DNA of 64,000 bases from Candidatus Gorgyraea atricola (GTDB lineage: Bacteria > Omnitrophota > Gorgyraeia > Gorgyraeales > Gorgyraeaceae), in the NCBI GenBank assembly GCA_030765235.1, contig JAVCCW010000018.1, positions 25,465 to 89,464 on the forward strand, given 5' to 3'. The number at the start of each line of letters is the position of its first letter. Within the stretch, counting starts at the first letter, position 1. The position numbers and the translations under genes were made by a program. The notes under the pieces are model-generated. The model ran no database searches, was not told the DNA's origin, and saw only the letters and a program-made list of their open reading frames with translations. Below are positions 1-9,039 of this stretch, piece after piece.

Positions 1-497
1 TCTTCATTGATATAACGATGTCTTGAGAATATCCTCTTTGTATACGCGTCTACCACAAATACTGGTTTTTTGCCCGCGTACAAAAGGATGCTGTCAGCTG
101 TCTCAGGACCTATACCATTTATACTTAAAAGCTCATTTCTCAGGACGCGCGTATTCTGCCTTAACATCTTTTCCAGGCTATTCTTATGCGCGCTATCCAG
201 AAACGTTAAAAAATTCTTTAGTCTATCGGCTTTTATATTATAGTAACCCGCCGGCCTTATTAAACCAGCAAGTCTTTTCTTAGGGGTCCGGGAAAGCTGT
301 TTTAAATCTAATGCCTTTGCTTTCTTTAGATTCGCGATCGCCTTTTCAACATTGGCCCAAGACGTATTTTGCGTTAGTATGGCGCCTACTATTATCTCTA
401 ATCTTGTATCAGCGGGCCACCATTTCCTTGGCCCGAATCTTTGGTATAGTAAATCGTAGATCCTTAATAGTGACTTTTTATGCCTTGTCCTTTTCAA
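1..497 (-). CDS. Endonuclease III-like HhH-GPD DNA glycosylase; 3' end runs off the window start; probable TTG start overlapping the upstream stop (TTGA)
   Basis: Manual minus-strand translation is open from 497 to position 1: ...KKSLLRIYDLLYQRFGPRKWWPADTRLEIIVGAILTQNTSWANVEKA...LLSINGIGPETADSILLYAGKKPVFVVDAYTKRIFSRH. This has a helix-hairpin-helix GIGxxTA motif and a catalytic Asp (VVDAY). There is no in-frame ATG, so the ORF track missed it. Confidence 0.7.
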   Translation of the reverse strand, partial: MKRTRHKKSLLRIYDLLYQRFGPRKWWPADTRLEIIVGAILTQNTSWANVEKAIANLKKAKALDLKQLSRTPKKRLAGLIRPAGYYNIKADRLKNFLTFLDSAHKNSLEKMLRQNTRVLRNELLSINGIGPETADSILLYAGKKPVFVVDAYTKRIFSRHRYINE

Positions 498-1225
498 TAT
501 TCAGAGCGCTTTTTTATTTCAGAAACGATCTCTATCAGTTCATTATAGTATTTCGAGTTTCTTGTAACAGGCCGCTTTACATACTTTTCTTTCTGAGAAT
601 GTTCTTTAAAAGATGATACGCTTAAGGAGGAAAGATTCCCAGATTCCTTTATCTCGAATGTAGCGACGAGATTATGGTCTATTGCCGCTACTGCGTCAGC
701 CCACAGTTCTTTTAGCATAGAAAGCGCTAAGGGTTTTTTCGCCAATATAGTGCCTGCTGTCCTGTTCGAAGAGATCACTGAAAAACCATTCTCCTGCAAG
801 GCCAGAGCGGCATACGTAAACACTCTTTTAGACTCACTATGTATATTAAGGCTAAAGGTGTCTCCTTTTTCGCTGACTGCCGGTCTGACAGTATAGTCAC
901 GCCTTTCCTGAAAAGGCCTTTTTACAAGTAATATGCTGTCCCCTTCGCGGATCTGGTAATCATCCACTGTCCTTAGTACCTCCGCGGCTGAAACGGTCGG
1001 CCGCACTTCAATGATGTGCGCCTCCGCGATTTTTTCACCGCCCCTGTGCACGATAAATCCATTGCCCATCACTATGCCTGCATCCTGACCGCGCCTTATT
1101 ATAAAAAATTCACCATCAGGATCCACAGTGATTATCTCGGAAACCACCTCTACCTCTTCGCAGAACGCAGGGAAGCTACCCAAAAAACTACACAAGAATA
1201 AAATCAATAAAATTTTTCTCATCAC
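494..1225 (-). CDS. hypothetical secreted protein (N-terminal signal peptide)
   Basis: ORF of 243 aa with a hydrophobic N-terminus, MMRKILLILFLCSFLGSFPAFCEE. I recognise no motif. Confidence 0.55.
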   Translation of the reverse strand: MMRKILLILFLCSFLGSFPAFCEEVEVVSEIITVDPDGEFFIIRRGQDAGIVMGNGFIVHRGGEKIAEAHIIEVRPTVSAAEVLRTVDDYQIREGDSILLVKRPFQERRDYTVRPAVSEKGDTFSLNIHSESKRVFTYAALALQENGFSVISSNRTAGTILAKKPLALSMLKELWADAVAAIDHNLVATFEIKESGNLSSLSVSSFKEHSQKEKYVKRPVTRNSKYYNELIEIVSEIKKRSEY

Positions 1226-1294
1226 AGTCTTATTTTAATACAGATTCGGAACAAACTCAAGAAAAATCTTCAGAAATCTTTAGGAGTTGGGAAA

Positions 1295-1687
1295 TTAGTG
1301 GAGGGAATACTTGCAGGCCTTGTCAAATGTTGCCTTAAAATCAAACCTTCTCCTGAAATCCCTTTTCGAATCCTTCTCAGTCTTGCCAAGCATGCCAGCA
1401 TCTATCATATTAAAGACTATCTCGCCAAAGTCATCAGTCCTTTTTATGCCCCAGCGCTCAAATACCAGCCTTGTCATCGGGCCAAACTGATCAAGGGCAT
1501 AATCCTTTATTCCCTCAAGCAGCTCTATGCCGCTTACATGGCCTTTTCTTTTGAGTTTTTTTGTTGTGAAGTTTAGCGCGGACATGACAAAGGAATACGC
1601 CTCAGGGTCATAGCGCTTGTCCTTGTCCAGGACATTAAGCAGGGCCATTACTTTATTTATGCTTTGCTTACTTTTCCTCTCAGCCAT
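1295..1687 (-). CDS. conserved hypothetical protein, 130 aa; possibly the Planctomycetes/Verrucomicrobia-restricted 'Minf_1886-like' family
   Basis: Clean ORF with a Lys/Arg-rich N-terminus; the family assignment is from memory only. Confidence 0.45.
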   Translation of the reverse strand: MAERKSKQSINKVMALLNVLDKDKRYDPEAYSFVMSALNFTTKKLKRKGHVSGIELLEGIKDYALDQFGPMTRLVFERWGIKRTDDFGEIVFNMIDAGMLGKTEKDSKRDFRRRFDFKATFDKACKYSLH

Positions 1688-1737
1688 AGTGATAAAAAGT
1701 ATACACGGTGGGGTCTAATTTGTCAAGGAAGCTAGGG

Positions 1738-2034
1738 TTAGATAGCTACTGGCGGGCCGAAAAATCTTGCGCCCACGGAATATCTCTCAGAGTGCGGCTG
1801 GCTGGAGATCCAGGCGATCTCCCCTGCTGCCTTTATGAATTGGTTTGTTTGGGGATGCTGAAACTCGAAGACAAGATTTGTAGCAACAGGGAAAAATTCA
1901 TCTGATGCAAATCCGATACCGCTTTTGCTTATATCCCGGCAGACAGAATTACCGAATCTTTGCGAACCCTTTTGCTGGTAGCGCAATGCCGCTGATAATA
2001 CTGTTCGATTAAATGATCTTCTTTCCTGTGCCAT
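1738..2034 (-). CDS. PilZ domain protein (c-di-GMP binding)
   Basis: RRSFNR (RxxxR) and DISKSGIGF (DxSxxG) motifs. Confidence 0.75.
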   Translation of the reverse strand: MAQERRSFNRTVLSAALRYQQKGSQRFGNSVCRDISKSGIGFASDEFFPVATNLVFEFQHPQTNQFIKAAGEIAWISSQPHSERYSVGARFFGPPVAI

Positions 2035-2041
2035 AGCTCTA

Positions 2042-2392
2042 TTATTCCTGTAAGACCTTTTCCACGATAAAGTTTATTCTCTCAGCGTCTTTTCTATTTA
2101 TGGTTGTAAATTCAACACCTGTATCAAAAGCCTTGGTTTTGTCTTCCTTGTTCGAGACTATCCACACGATCGTACCATCACACTCTATTACAGGCTGGGC
2201 ATCGAGAAGATCCAATTGTATCTCAACAGGCGCGAATATCCCCAGGTCCTTGGGAAGCATTGCGCATATGCCGCCTATACCGATGTTTTCAGTGATGGCG
2301 GATACACTATCAGGGTGATCCTTCTTTTTTACAGTGATCTTGCACGGGTATTTTGCCCTGGGAAACTTTCTTCTATTGATTCCACTCCACAT
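2042..2392 (-). CDS. PilZ domain protein (second, in tandem)
   Basis: RRKFPR and NIGIGGI motifs; 116 aa. Confidence 0.7.
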   Translation of the reverse strand: MWSGINRRKFPRAKYPCKITVKKKDHPDSVSAITENIGIGGICAMLPKDLGIFAPVEIQLDLLDAQPVIECDGTIVWIVSNKEDKTKAFDTGVEFTTINRKDAERINFIVEKVLQE

Positions 2393-2465
2393 AAGGCCTC
2401 CTTAATTCATACTTATTATAACCTAAAATTCCACACAATTCAAGCATTTTTCAATCTTTTTACCT

Positions 2466-2504
2466 AAAGTAGACAAAACAGACAGTGACTGTTTTGTCTA
2501 CTTT
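2466..2504. repeat. Palindrome family F copy 1 (AAAGTAGACAAAACAG-n-CTGTTTTGTCTACTTT)
   Basis: Near-perfect 39-bp palindrome; the same element recurs at 19451 and 56341. Confidence 0.85.
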
Positions 2505-2547
2505 TCTGTTTGCCATGGGGGTTCAAAGGTGTTATAATCAAAATGAT

Positions 2548-3360
2548 ATGTACTTGGACTTCTATGGATTAAAAGAAAAACCGTTTAGCGTAACATCAGA
2601 TCCTAATTTCCTCTATCTCAGCAGGAAGCACCAGGAGGCTATCTCGCACATGCAATACGGGATCGAGGAGCGCATGGGTTTTCTGGAGATCACTGGAGAG
2701 ATAGGCACAGGAAAAACTACCCTGTGTAAAGGTCTTCTGAATACACTTGATGAGCACACCAAGACCGCCTTTATACTCAATTCCAATCTTTCAGAGATCC
2801 AGCTCCTGCAGGCGATCGTTCAGGATTTCGGGATCCAGCTAAAGAATAAGCAAAAGATCACCATGCTCAACGAGCTCAATAGATTCCTGCTCGAGCAGCT
2901 AAAGATGAAGAATAACGCTGTACTCATAATAGATGAGGCGCAGAATCTAAAGCCAGCTATGCTTGAACAGATCCGGCTTCTCTCAAACCTTGAGACTGAA
3001 AAAGAAAAACTGCTTCAGATCATTCTGGTAGGCCAGCCTGAGTTAAAAGAAAAACTTGCCTCCAGGGAATTGGCACAGCTGCGACAAAGAATAGCCATCA
3101 GGTATCATATCTCTCCTCTTGGCAGAGACGAGGTCGAAGGATATATAAATCACAGGCTGAAGGTGGCTGGCTCCGAGAGCAATGATTTCTTTAAAGATAA
3201 GGCGATGGATGAGATCTTTAAGTTTTCCAGGGGCGTGCCTAGATTGATAAACATACTATGTGATAAAACTCTTTTAGCAGGATATGTAAGAGAGAAAAAA
3301 GCCATAGACAGCGCTATGGTAAAAAAATCCGCGAAGGAAATTGAGGGCATATTCGAGTGA
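2548..3360 (+). CDS. ExeA/GspA-like AAA+ ATPase (general secretion pathway protein A / MshM family)
   Basis: MYLDFYGLKEKPF N-terminus, Walker A GEIGTGKTTL and Walker B LIIDEAQNL. I moved the start to the ATG at 2548, downstream of the palindrome. Confidence 0.85.
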   Translation: MYLDFYGLKEKPFSVTSDPNFLYLSRKHQEAISHMQYGIEERMGFLEITGEIGTGKTTLCKGLLNTLDEHTKTAFILNSNLSEIQLLQAIVQDFGIQLKNKQKITMLNELNRFLLEQLKMKNNAVLIIDEAQNLKPAMLEQIRLLSNLETEKEKLLQIILVGQPELKEKLASRELAQLRQRIAIRYHISPLGRDEVEGYINHRLKVAGSESNDFFKDKAMDEIFKFSRGVPRLINILCDKTLLAGYVREKKAIDSAMVKKSAKEIEGIFE

Positions 3361-3824
3361 GCATAATAAACGATGCTATTAAAAAGGCAAGAAAAGAATC
3401 AGGCCTGAAAGGTGTGGGCGAGGTAGTCAACCTTTCAGAAATAAGCCCTTCTGCGCCAAAGACCTCTGAAGTAAAGTGGATAGCGATCGTGGTGATTTCC
3501 CTAACAATCATCGCCTCTCTCTTTGGCTCTATGTTTTTATATAATCACATAACAAAGATAGATGAACCTGTCACCTATTCTATTACAGAAAGAAGCGAAC
3601 CTATTGCCCTGTCCAGAAAGGCCAAGCCAAGCTATAGTGAATTTCAAGAGACAATAGAGCTAAACGGCATTGTCTACGAAACTCTGGACCGCTGGGCCAT
3701 CATAAACGACAAAATCGTCCGCGAAGGCGACCTCCTCCCAAATGGCAAACTAATCCTCATCCAAAAAGACTACGTAAAAATCCAAAAAAATAACGGCGAA
3801 GAACTAGTCCTGAATCTAAGATAG
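3357..3824 (+). CDS. GspB/ExeB-like membrane protein (partner of ExeA)
   Basis: ATGA overlap with exeA, a single TM helix, and C-terminal ...IELNGIVYETLDRWAIINDKIVREGDLLPNGKLILIQKDYVKIQ, which resembles the GspB C-terminal domain. Confidence 0.6.
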   Translation: MSIINDAIKKARKESGLKGVGEVVNLSEISPSAPKTSEVKWIAIVVISLTIIASLFGSMFLYNHITKIDEPVTYSITERSEPIALSRKAKPSYSEFQETIELNGIVYETLDRWAIINDKIVREGDLLPNGKLILIQKDYVKIQKNNGEELVLNLR

Positions 3825-3876
3825 TAAAAGTAGGGTGTACCCAAACAGGACGTCTACTATTTCCCTCTATTTCCCT

Positions 3877-5205
3877 TTATAAGCTCCAACCGGCTTCCGA
3901 GTTTTTCTCTGGTTTTTCTTGAAAATCTAAGTTTTCCAAATTCTTCATTTCCTGTATAACATTAAGTACTTCCTTGGCTTCCAAGGTTTCTTCAAAAATT
4001 ATAGCTTTCCGCCTTCGATTTGAAACTTTCTGCGACAGATATCCTTTGACTTTCTCTGTGACTAGGTTACTTTTTACATTTTTAAAAAGAGAGATAGCTT
4101 TTAGGGCTCTAAGATTCCCCGCCTCATGGAGTTTTTTAAGCTTTTCAACAGCCTCTAGCTGCAACTGTTCTTCATTGGAATTTTTTAATAGCTCAATTTC
4201 TTTAATTAAAATATATGCCAAGATAGATTTTGCCTTATCTCCTGTATAATATTTTTCAATATCGCGTAACGCTAACTCTGTTTTTTTTGTTCCTGTGTAT
4301 TTTTTCAAAAAGTATTTATTTATAAAATTATAAATCTTTCTAGGTTTTGTTTGTTTTAGAAAATTAGGGTCTATTTCTGATACTATTAAAGTTGCGTGTA
4401 ATAATCTATAGAGAGATTTTCGCAAGATATCTCTTATAATTACCGAATCCAAATCATACTTTATAAAAAAACTGTGAATATTCATACTATCAATCAATTC
4501 TTTAGCTCTGTAAGAGGCCTCTTTTCTTAAAGTTAGAACGTCTATTTTTTTTCTCCTTATCTGTGTACCATATATAGCCACGCCATAATCAAAACGCAAA
4601 GCAGCCAAATATTCTATTTCATGCGTCAAAGGGTCGAATCCTAAGAATTTAAACTCACAGTCTATAGGGGTATAGTTTTTTTCTGGAAAAACTAAGATTG
4701 GAGACTGAGAATTAATAAAAGCTGTCATGTGTTCTACTTTTTTTTGATAATCAACCATTTCCCGAGCATTTATCCTCAGTCCTATTTTAAAATCAACATC
4801 GCTTGGTTCAGGCGAGTAAATAGAGCTTCCAAAAATAATGATGTGTTCTAATCTATCTTTTAAATCAAAATGAGAAAGCACGTACTCAACGTATTCAATT
4901 ATTGTCCTTTCTTCTCCAGATTGCGTTTTAATAAAAGCTTTTTGTGACATCTTGATTCTTTTTACGATTTCACGTTGTAACTGTGGTTTGAGTAGAGGGA
5001 AATATGCATTCCCTTCTTCTAAATATTTTTTAATCGTATATTTCGAAGGGAAAAGTTTAGCTAATCTGCCTCCCCCTTCTTCCATGGGAACCCTAAGAGC
5101 ATTCTTTGATGCTGTATAGGAATAAGTGGTGCTAGTTAATAAGAACGAACTGCATGTTACAATAATCAGCACTCTCAAATTATACCCTTTTTTAAACCTT
5201 ACCAT
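3877..5205 (-). CDS. AT-rich gene: signal-peptide protein with a Pol-beta-type nucleotidyltransferase motif and a long helical C-terminal region
   Basis: 442 aa with a hydrophobic N-terminus (RVLIIVTCSSFLLTSTT). IIFGSSIYSPEPSDVDFKIGL matches hG[GS]-x9-13-DhD. GC is clearly lower than in neighbouring genes. Confidence 0.6.
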   Translation of the reverse strand: MVRFKKGYNLRVLIIVTCSSFLLTSTTYSYTASKNALRVPMEEGGGRLAKLFPSKYTIKKYLEEGNAYFPLLKPQLQREIVKRIKMSQKAFIKTQSGEERTIIEYVEYVLSHFDLKDRLEHIIIFGSSIYSPEPSDVDFKIGLRINAREMVDYQKKVEHMTAFINSQSPILVFPEKNYTPIDCEFKFLGFDPLTHEIEYLAALRFDYGVAIYGTQIRRKKIDVLTLRKEASYRAKELIDSMNIHSFFIKYDLDSVIIRDILRKSLYRLLHATLIVSEIDPNFLKQTKPRKIYNFINKYFLKKYTGTKKTELALRDIEKYYTGDKAKSILAYILIKEIELLKNSNEEQLQLEAVEKLKKLHEAGNLRALKAISLFKNVKSNLVTEKVKGYLSQKVSNRRRKAIIFEETLEAKEVLNVIQEMKNLENLDFQEKPEKNSEAGWSL

Positions 5206-5352
5206 AATTCACCCATAAAAATAGCCTCTGCCTGTCTTATAAGGCTATATTGCTCCTATCGTTATTGTAATGTAATTATACCATATAAATAGGGGTTTGG
5301 GAAGGGAATTTTAGGGGGCAGGTGAATTTGAAAATGTAGCCTTTTATGGATA

Positions 5353-5563
5353 AGTGTGGCGCGGGGTGTCCTGTGAGTGGGAGGATCCACACCGGGCCGT
5401 GCCCCGTACCGATAGGTATGGGGCGGAGGGGCCCGCCCCGTTCCAAATTCTAGTCGATAATCGATTCATTGTTTGTAACTAATTGCGGGCAATTCTGATT
5501 GATTATTTGATGATATTTGAGAATTTGGAACGGGGCCCGCTCACAGGACACCCCGTGCCACAC
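5353..5563. repeat. GC-rich long inverted repeat (MITE-like): ~45-bp arms (GTGTGGCGCGGGGTGTCCTGTGAG...CCCCGTTCCAAATTC), the left arm interrupted by a ~50-bp insert
   Basis: Arms are reverse-complementary over about 45 bp; the CCCCGTTCCAAA arm motif also forms hairpins at 56297 and 60195. Confidence 0.55.
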
Positions 5564-5581
5564 AATACGGGTTAAAGAGTT

Positions 5582-6304
5582 CTAATCCGTCTCTTCGATT
5601 GTGGTAAGGGCTTCTTTGGCTGAGGATTGTTCTGCGGTTTTTTTGTTGGGGCCGGAACCTATGCCGTAGCGTTTGCCTTGTATAAGGGCTTCTACAATGA
5701 AATGCTTCTTGTGGTCCGGGCCTATTTCTGAGATGATCTTATAGGAAGGTGTAGCCTTAAATCTCTTTAACGCGATCTGCTGGAGCGCGGACTTGTAATC
5801 CTTCGAACCTTTTCCCTCTCTTACAAGCTGGATCTCTGAATAAAAGACCTTTTTTATAAATTTAGAAGCTGGTTTTATGTCCCCGTCCAGGTAAATAGCG
5901 CCTATTAATGCTTCTAATGCGCACAAAATATTCGATGTGTGCTTTCTTCCGCCAGAGGCCTCTTCTCCTTTTCCCAGGAGAATAAAATCGCCTAAGTGAA
6001 GATGCTTTGCTATGCGGCCAAGCGTGGAGCCGCTTACCAGCTGAGACTTATAGCGCGTGAGAACCCCTTCATCCTGGTCAGGAAAATCCTCGTAAAGCAG
6101 CCTGCTCATGACTATGCCCAGCACAGAGTCGCCTAAAAACTCGAGTCTTTCATTATCCTCTAATTTTAATTTAGATTTTTCGTTCGCAAAAGATTTATGG
6201 GTCAGGGCCTGGTTCAAAAGCTCTTTATTTCTAAAGCGGTAACCAATGGATCGTTCCAGGTCTTTAAGTTTTTTCAAGCGGGTCTTGTCTTTTTTTAGAA
6301 TCAT
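5582..6304 (-). CDS. rnc: Ribonuclease III
   Basis: ERLEFLGDSVL signature and a C-terminal dsRBD. Confidence 0.95.
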   Translation of the reverse strand: MILKKDKTRLKKLKDLERSIGYRFRNKELLNQALTHKSFANEKSKLKLEDNERLEFLGDSVLGIVMSRLLYEDFPDQDEGVLTRYKSQLVSGSTLGRIAKHLHLGDFILLGKGEEASGGRKHTSNILCALEALIGAIYLDGDIKPASKFIKKVFYSEIQLVREGKGSKDYKSALQQIALKRFKATPSYKIISEIGPDHKKHFIVEALIQGKRYGIGSGPNKKTAEQSSAKEALTTIEETD

Positions 6305-6333
6305 ATAGATTCCCGCTTTCGCGGGAATGACAA

Positions 6334-7425
6334 TTACAGCAGGCTCTTGATGGAATTTAGTATAACTGACTTAGGTATGTTTTCCTTTACCACAGTCTTT
6401 CCTATATTTACAGGAAGTACGAATCTATTTTTTCCGTGGATGAATTTTTTATCATGTTCCTGCGCCTTAAATATAGCTTTTATATCCAGGCCCTTTAGGG
6501 TAACTGGCAAGCCTATCTTTTTTATCAGGTTCTTTATCCGCAGAAAGCTTCCCTCATCCAATAGCCCCAATTCCCTAGCTATATGCGACGCGGCAATAGT
6601 GCCAAGCGCTATTGCCTGGCCATGGCTATATGATTTACCATAATGCGCGGCTGTTTCAATAGCATGGCCTATTGTGTGGCCGAGATTGAGTATTACGCGT
6701 ATGCCTTTATTATCATGTTCGTCCTTTTCCACCACGCGAGCCTTTATTAAACTACACGTGTAGATTATGTATTCCAGTGACTTTTTGTCACGACCCAATA
6801 CCTTTTTGTAATTTTTTTCAAGAAAACTGAATAGCTGCGGTGATTTGATGATACCATATTTAACGACCTCTCCTAATCCGGATATCAGATCTTTTTTAGG
6901 TAGAGTCTTTAATAAAGCTGCGTCACTAAAAACAAGTCGCGGCTGGTAAAACGCACCTGCAAGATTCTTGCCTACGCTTAGATCTATGGCTACCTTGCCC
7001 CCTATTGCAGAATCTACTTGAGCAAGGAGCGTTGTCGGGACCTGAATGTAAGGAATGCCGCGCCTATAAATACTCGCGACAAAACCTGCCAGGTCTCCTA
7101 TCACGCCACCGCCTAAAGCAACAATAAACATCCTGCGACTGGAGCCATCGAATTTAGAAAGCCTGTTAAGGAGACTGATACAATATTTCTCTGATTTGGA
7201 TTTTTCGCTGTCTGGCACAACCGAGAATCTGACGTTAAAACCAGATAAAGAAAGAGATGCTTGTATCTTTTTACCTAAAAGCCTTTTTATAACAGGATTG
7301 GTAATTATTACAGCATCAGTGCCGATCTTTAATCTCTTCAGGTGTTTGCCAAGATCAGCGATTTCATTGCGAGAAACCTTTATGTCATAGCTTCTTTTAC
7401 CGAGATTTACGCGTATTTTTTTCAT
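6334..7425 (-). CDS. aroB: 3-dehydroquinate synthase
   Basis: GGGVIGDLAGFVA...VPTTLLAQVDSAIGGK. Confidence 0.93.
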   Translation of the reverse strand: MKKIRVNLGKRSYDIKVSRNEIADLGKHLKRLKIGTDAVIITNPVIKRLLGKKIQASLSLSGFNVRFSVVPDSEKSKSEKYCISLLNRLSKFDGSSRRMFIVALGGGVIGDLAGFVASIYRRGIPYIQVPTTLLAQVDSAIGGKVAIDLSVGKNLAGAFYQPRLVFSDAALLKTLPKKDLISGLGEVVKYGIIKSPQLFSFLEKNYKKVLGRDKKSLEYIIYTCSLIKARVVEKDEHDNKGIRVILNLGHTIGHAIETAAHYGKSYSHGQAIALGTIAASHIARELGLLDEGSFLRIKNLIKKIGLPVTLKGLDIKAIFKAQEHDKKFIHGKNRFVLPVNIGKTVVKENIPKSVILNSIKSLL

Positions 7426-8039
7426 GTCTCCACACCCAATAATCGGGCCAGGAACATAACAATAGGCCAGATCACCCCACCTATTATGCCCAGCCAGAGC
7501 ATTCCGAATATAATCATGAATCCATACGGTTCGAGCTTTGCGTATTTAATAGCCATATCTCTTGGCAAAAGCCCCATGGCAACCCTGGAACCATCCAGCG
7601 GAGGTATGGGTAATAGATTAAATACCGCAAGTACCAGATTTATAAGTATGACAGAGTTTAGGATCGATATAAATAAAGGGCTTCCTGCCAGAGTCAAATT
7701 CGAGATCTTTAGTATAAAAGATAGGACGATCGCAAACAGCATATTTGCCGCGGGTCCTGCCAGACCTACCCATACCATGTCTTTTTTAGGGTTGTTTAAT
7801 CTATGGAAATCAACAGGAACTGGTTTTGCCCAGCCAAACACAATAGGCGCATGAGTTGCTAGAAGTACTAGAGGAAGAAAAATCGTGCCTATGGGGTCTA
7901 TGTGGGCCACAGGATTGAGCGTGAGCCTGCCTGCATTCTTTGCAGTAGAATCGCCTAATTTCCATGCGACCCAGCCATGCGCGTACTCGTGGATTATTAC
8001 AGCAAGAAAGAATATCGAGAGTGTTATTAAAAATCTCAT
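7422..8039 (-). CDS. Site-2 protease family (peptidase M50) zinc metalloprotease
   Basis: HEYAHG HExxH motif, LLPIPPLDG, several TM helices. Confidence 0.85.
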   Translation of the reverse strand: MRFLITLSIFFLAVIIHEYAHGWVAWKLGDSTAKNAGRLTLNPVAHIDPIGTIFLPLVLLATHAPIVFGWAKPVPVDFHRLNNPKKDMVWVGLAGPAANMLFAIVLSFILKISNLTLAGSPLFISILNSVILINLVLAVFNLLPIPPLDGSRVAMGLLPRDMAIKYAKLEPYGFMIIFGMLWLGIIGGVIWPIVMFLARLLGVET

Positions 8040-8737
8040 TGGCTCTGCGTTGAGAATGTCAGGTTGCCTTTTGGCTCAGGCGCCTTACGCTCTAGTATAA
8101 TACCTTTAGAGAAAGTTCCCTTTATCCCTCGACTGCGTCCTTCGACGCGCTTCTCTTGCTCAGGACGACCCTGAGTTTGTCGAATGGGTCGCTCGGGACT
8201 CGCTTCTTTTTTTACCTCTCCTACCTCAGGTTTTACTAGTTCCAGATTGAACATGACTTGACTGGCATGTATCCAGCCTGTTGTTTTCTCAGGCGGCTTT
8301 ACCTCATACCAATCATCCTTTTCCGATACGATCTGAAGTTCCTGCGGCTTCGAGGCCTGGCCGAGTATGGAATACTTTGTTCCAGGGCCTGCCCTGAGAT
8401 TTACGCGCGTGGCATTAACTTCGCCCTTCGACAAGCTCAGGACTTCGCCCACTCCTTTTTTATCGATGATATCCACATAATCATTTTTGATATAAAGATG
8501 CGCTGTTTCTGGCAGCACGACCTTGAACCAACTATAACGCTTATCAATGATCTTAACAGGGTCACCCTTTTTTAATTTACCCAGGATCTCATAATTCACA
8601 TTATCCCCTGCCCTTACATTGGCCCCATCGCTCTTTGCAAAGCCTATCTTAGACAATGCCTCTTCCTCAAGCGAGAAAGAAACCCCACATGCAAACAATA
8701 CAACGCAAAATGTTACAGCAAGTATCTTCATAGCCAC
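8036..8737 (-). CDS. secreted protein with two SH3b-like domains
   Basis: Signal peptide; repeated ANVRAGPxxxYxILGxL...GDxV blocks. Confidence 0.6.
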   Translation of the reverse strand: MAMKILAVTFCVVLFACGVSFSLEEEALSKIGFAKSDGANVRAGDNVNYEILGKLKKGDPVKIIDKRYSWFKVVLPETAHLYIKNDYVDIIDKKGVGEVLSLSKGEVNATRVNLRAGPGTKYSILGQASKPQELQIVSEKDDWYEVKPPEKTTGWIHASQVMFNLELVKPEVGEVKKEASPERPIRQTQGRPEQEKRVEGRSRGIKGTFSKGIILERKAPEPKGNLTFSTQSQ

Positions 8738-8742
8738 TCCTT

Positions 8743-9039
8743 TTATTTTTTGTCTTTCTTGTCTTCTTTCTTTCCTTTTGCCTCGGGTTCTTTCTTGGCG
8801 CCTGCGCCTGGTGCTGGAACTGCGCCTTCAGCAGCTACCTGGCCTTCCTCGGGCTTTTCTTCCGCCTTTTCCTTCTTTATCTTGGTCCTTACTATCTTTA
8901 GTTTAGGTAAACCAAAGATAGAGTCCTCATCTTTTATGATGCCTTTTTCTTTTAGCGCAAAGAACTTTTCGAACCTCTTTAAGACTGTCCTGTGTCTTTT
9001 CCCTGCCTTAGAAGTCTTTAAACTTGGATGCTGTGACAT
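8743..9039 (-). CDS. small basic protein (resembles a PVC-restricted small basic protein family); Lys/Glu-rich tail
   Basis: MSQHPSLKTSKAGKRHRTVLKRFEKF...; start taken at the internal Met. Confidence 0.55.
   Translation of the reverse strand: MSQHPSLKTSKAGKRHRTVLKRFEKFFALKEKGIIKDEDSIFGLPKLKIVRTKIKKEKAEEKPEEGQVAAEGAVPAPGAGAKKEPEAKGKKEDKKDKK

Noticed and set aside
23-616. Plus-strand ORFs 23..283 and 311..616
   Set aside because: They are antisense to a well-supported minus-strand endonuclease III-like gene with clear HhH-GPD motifs, and they have no recognisable features.
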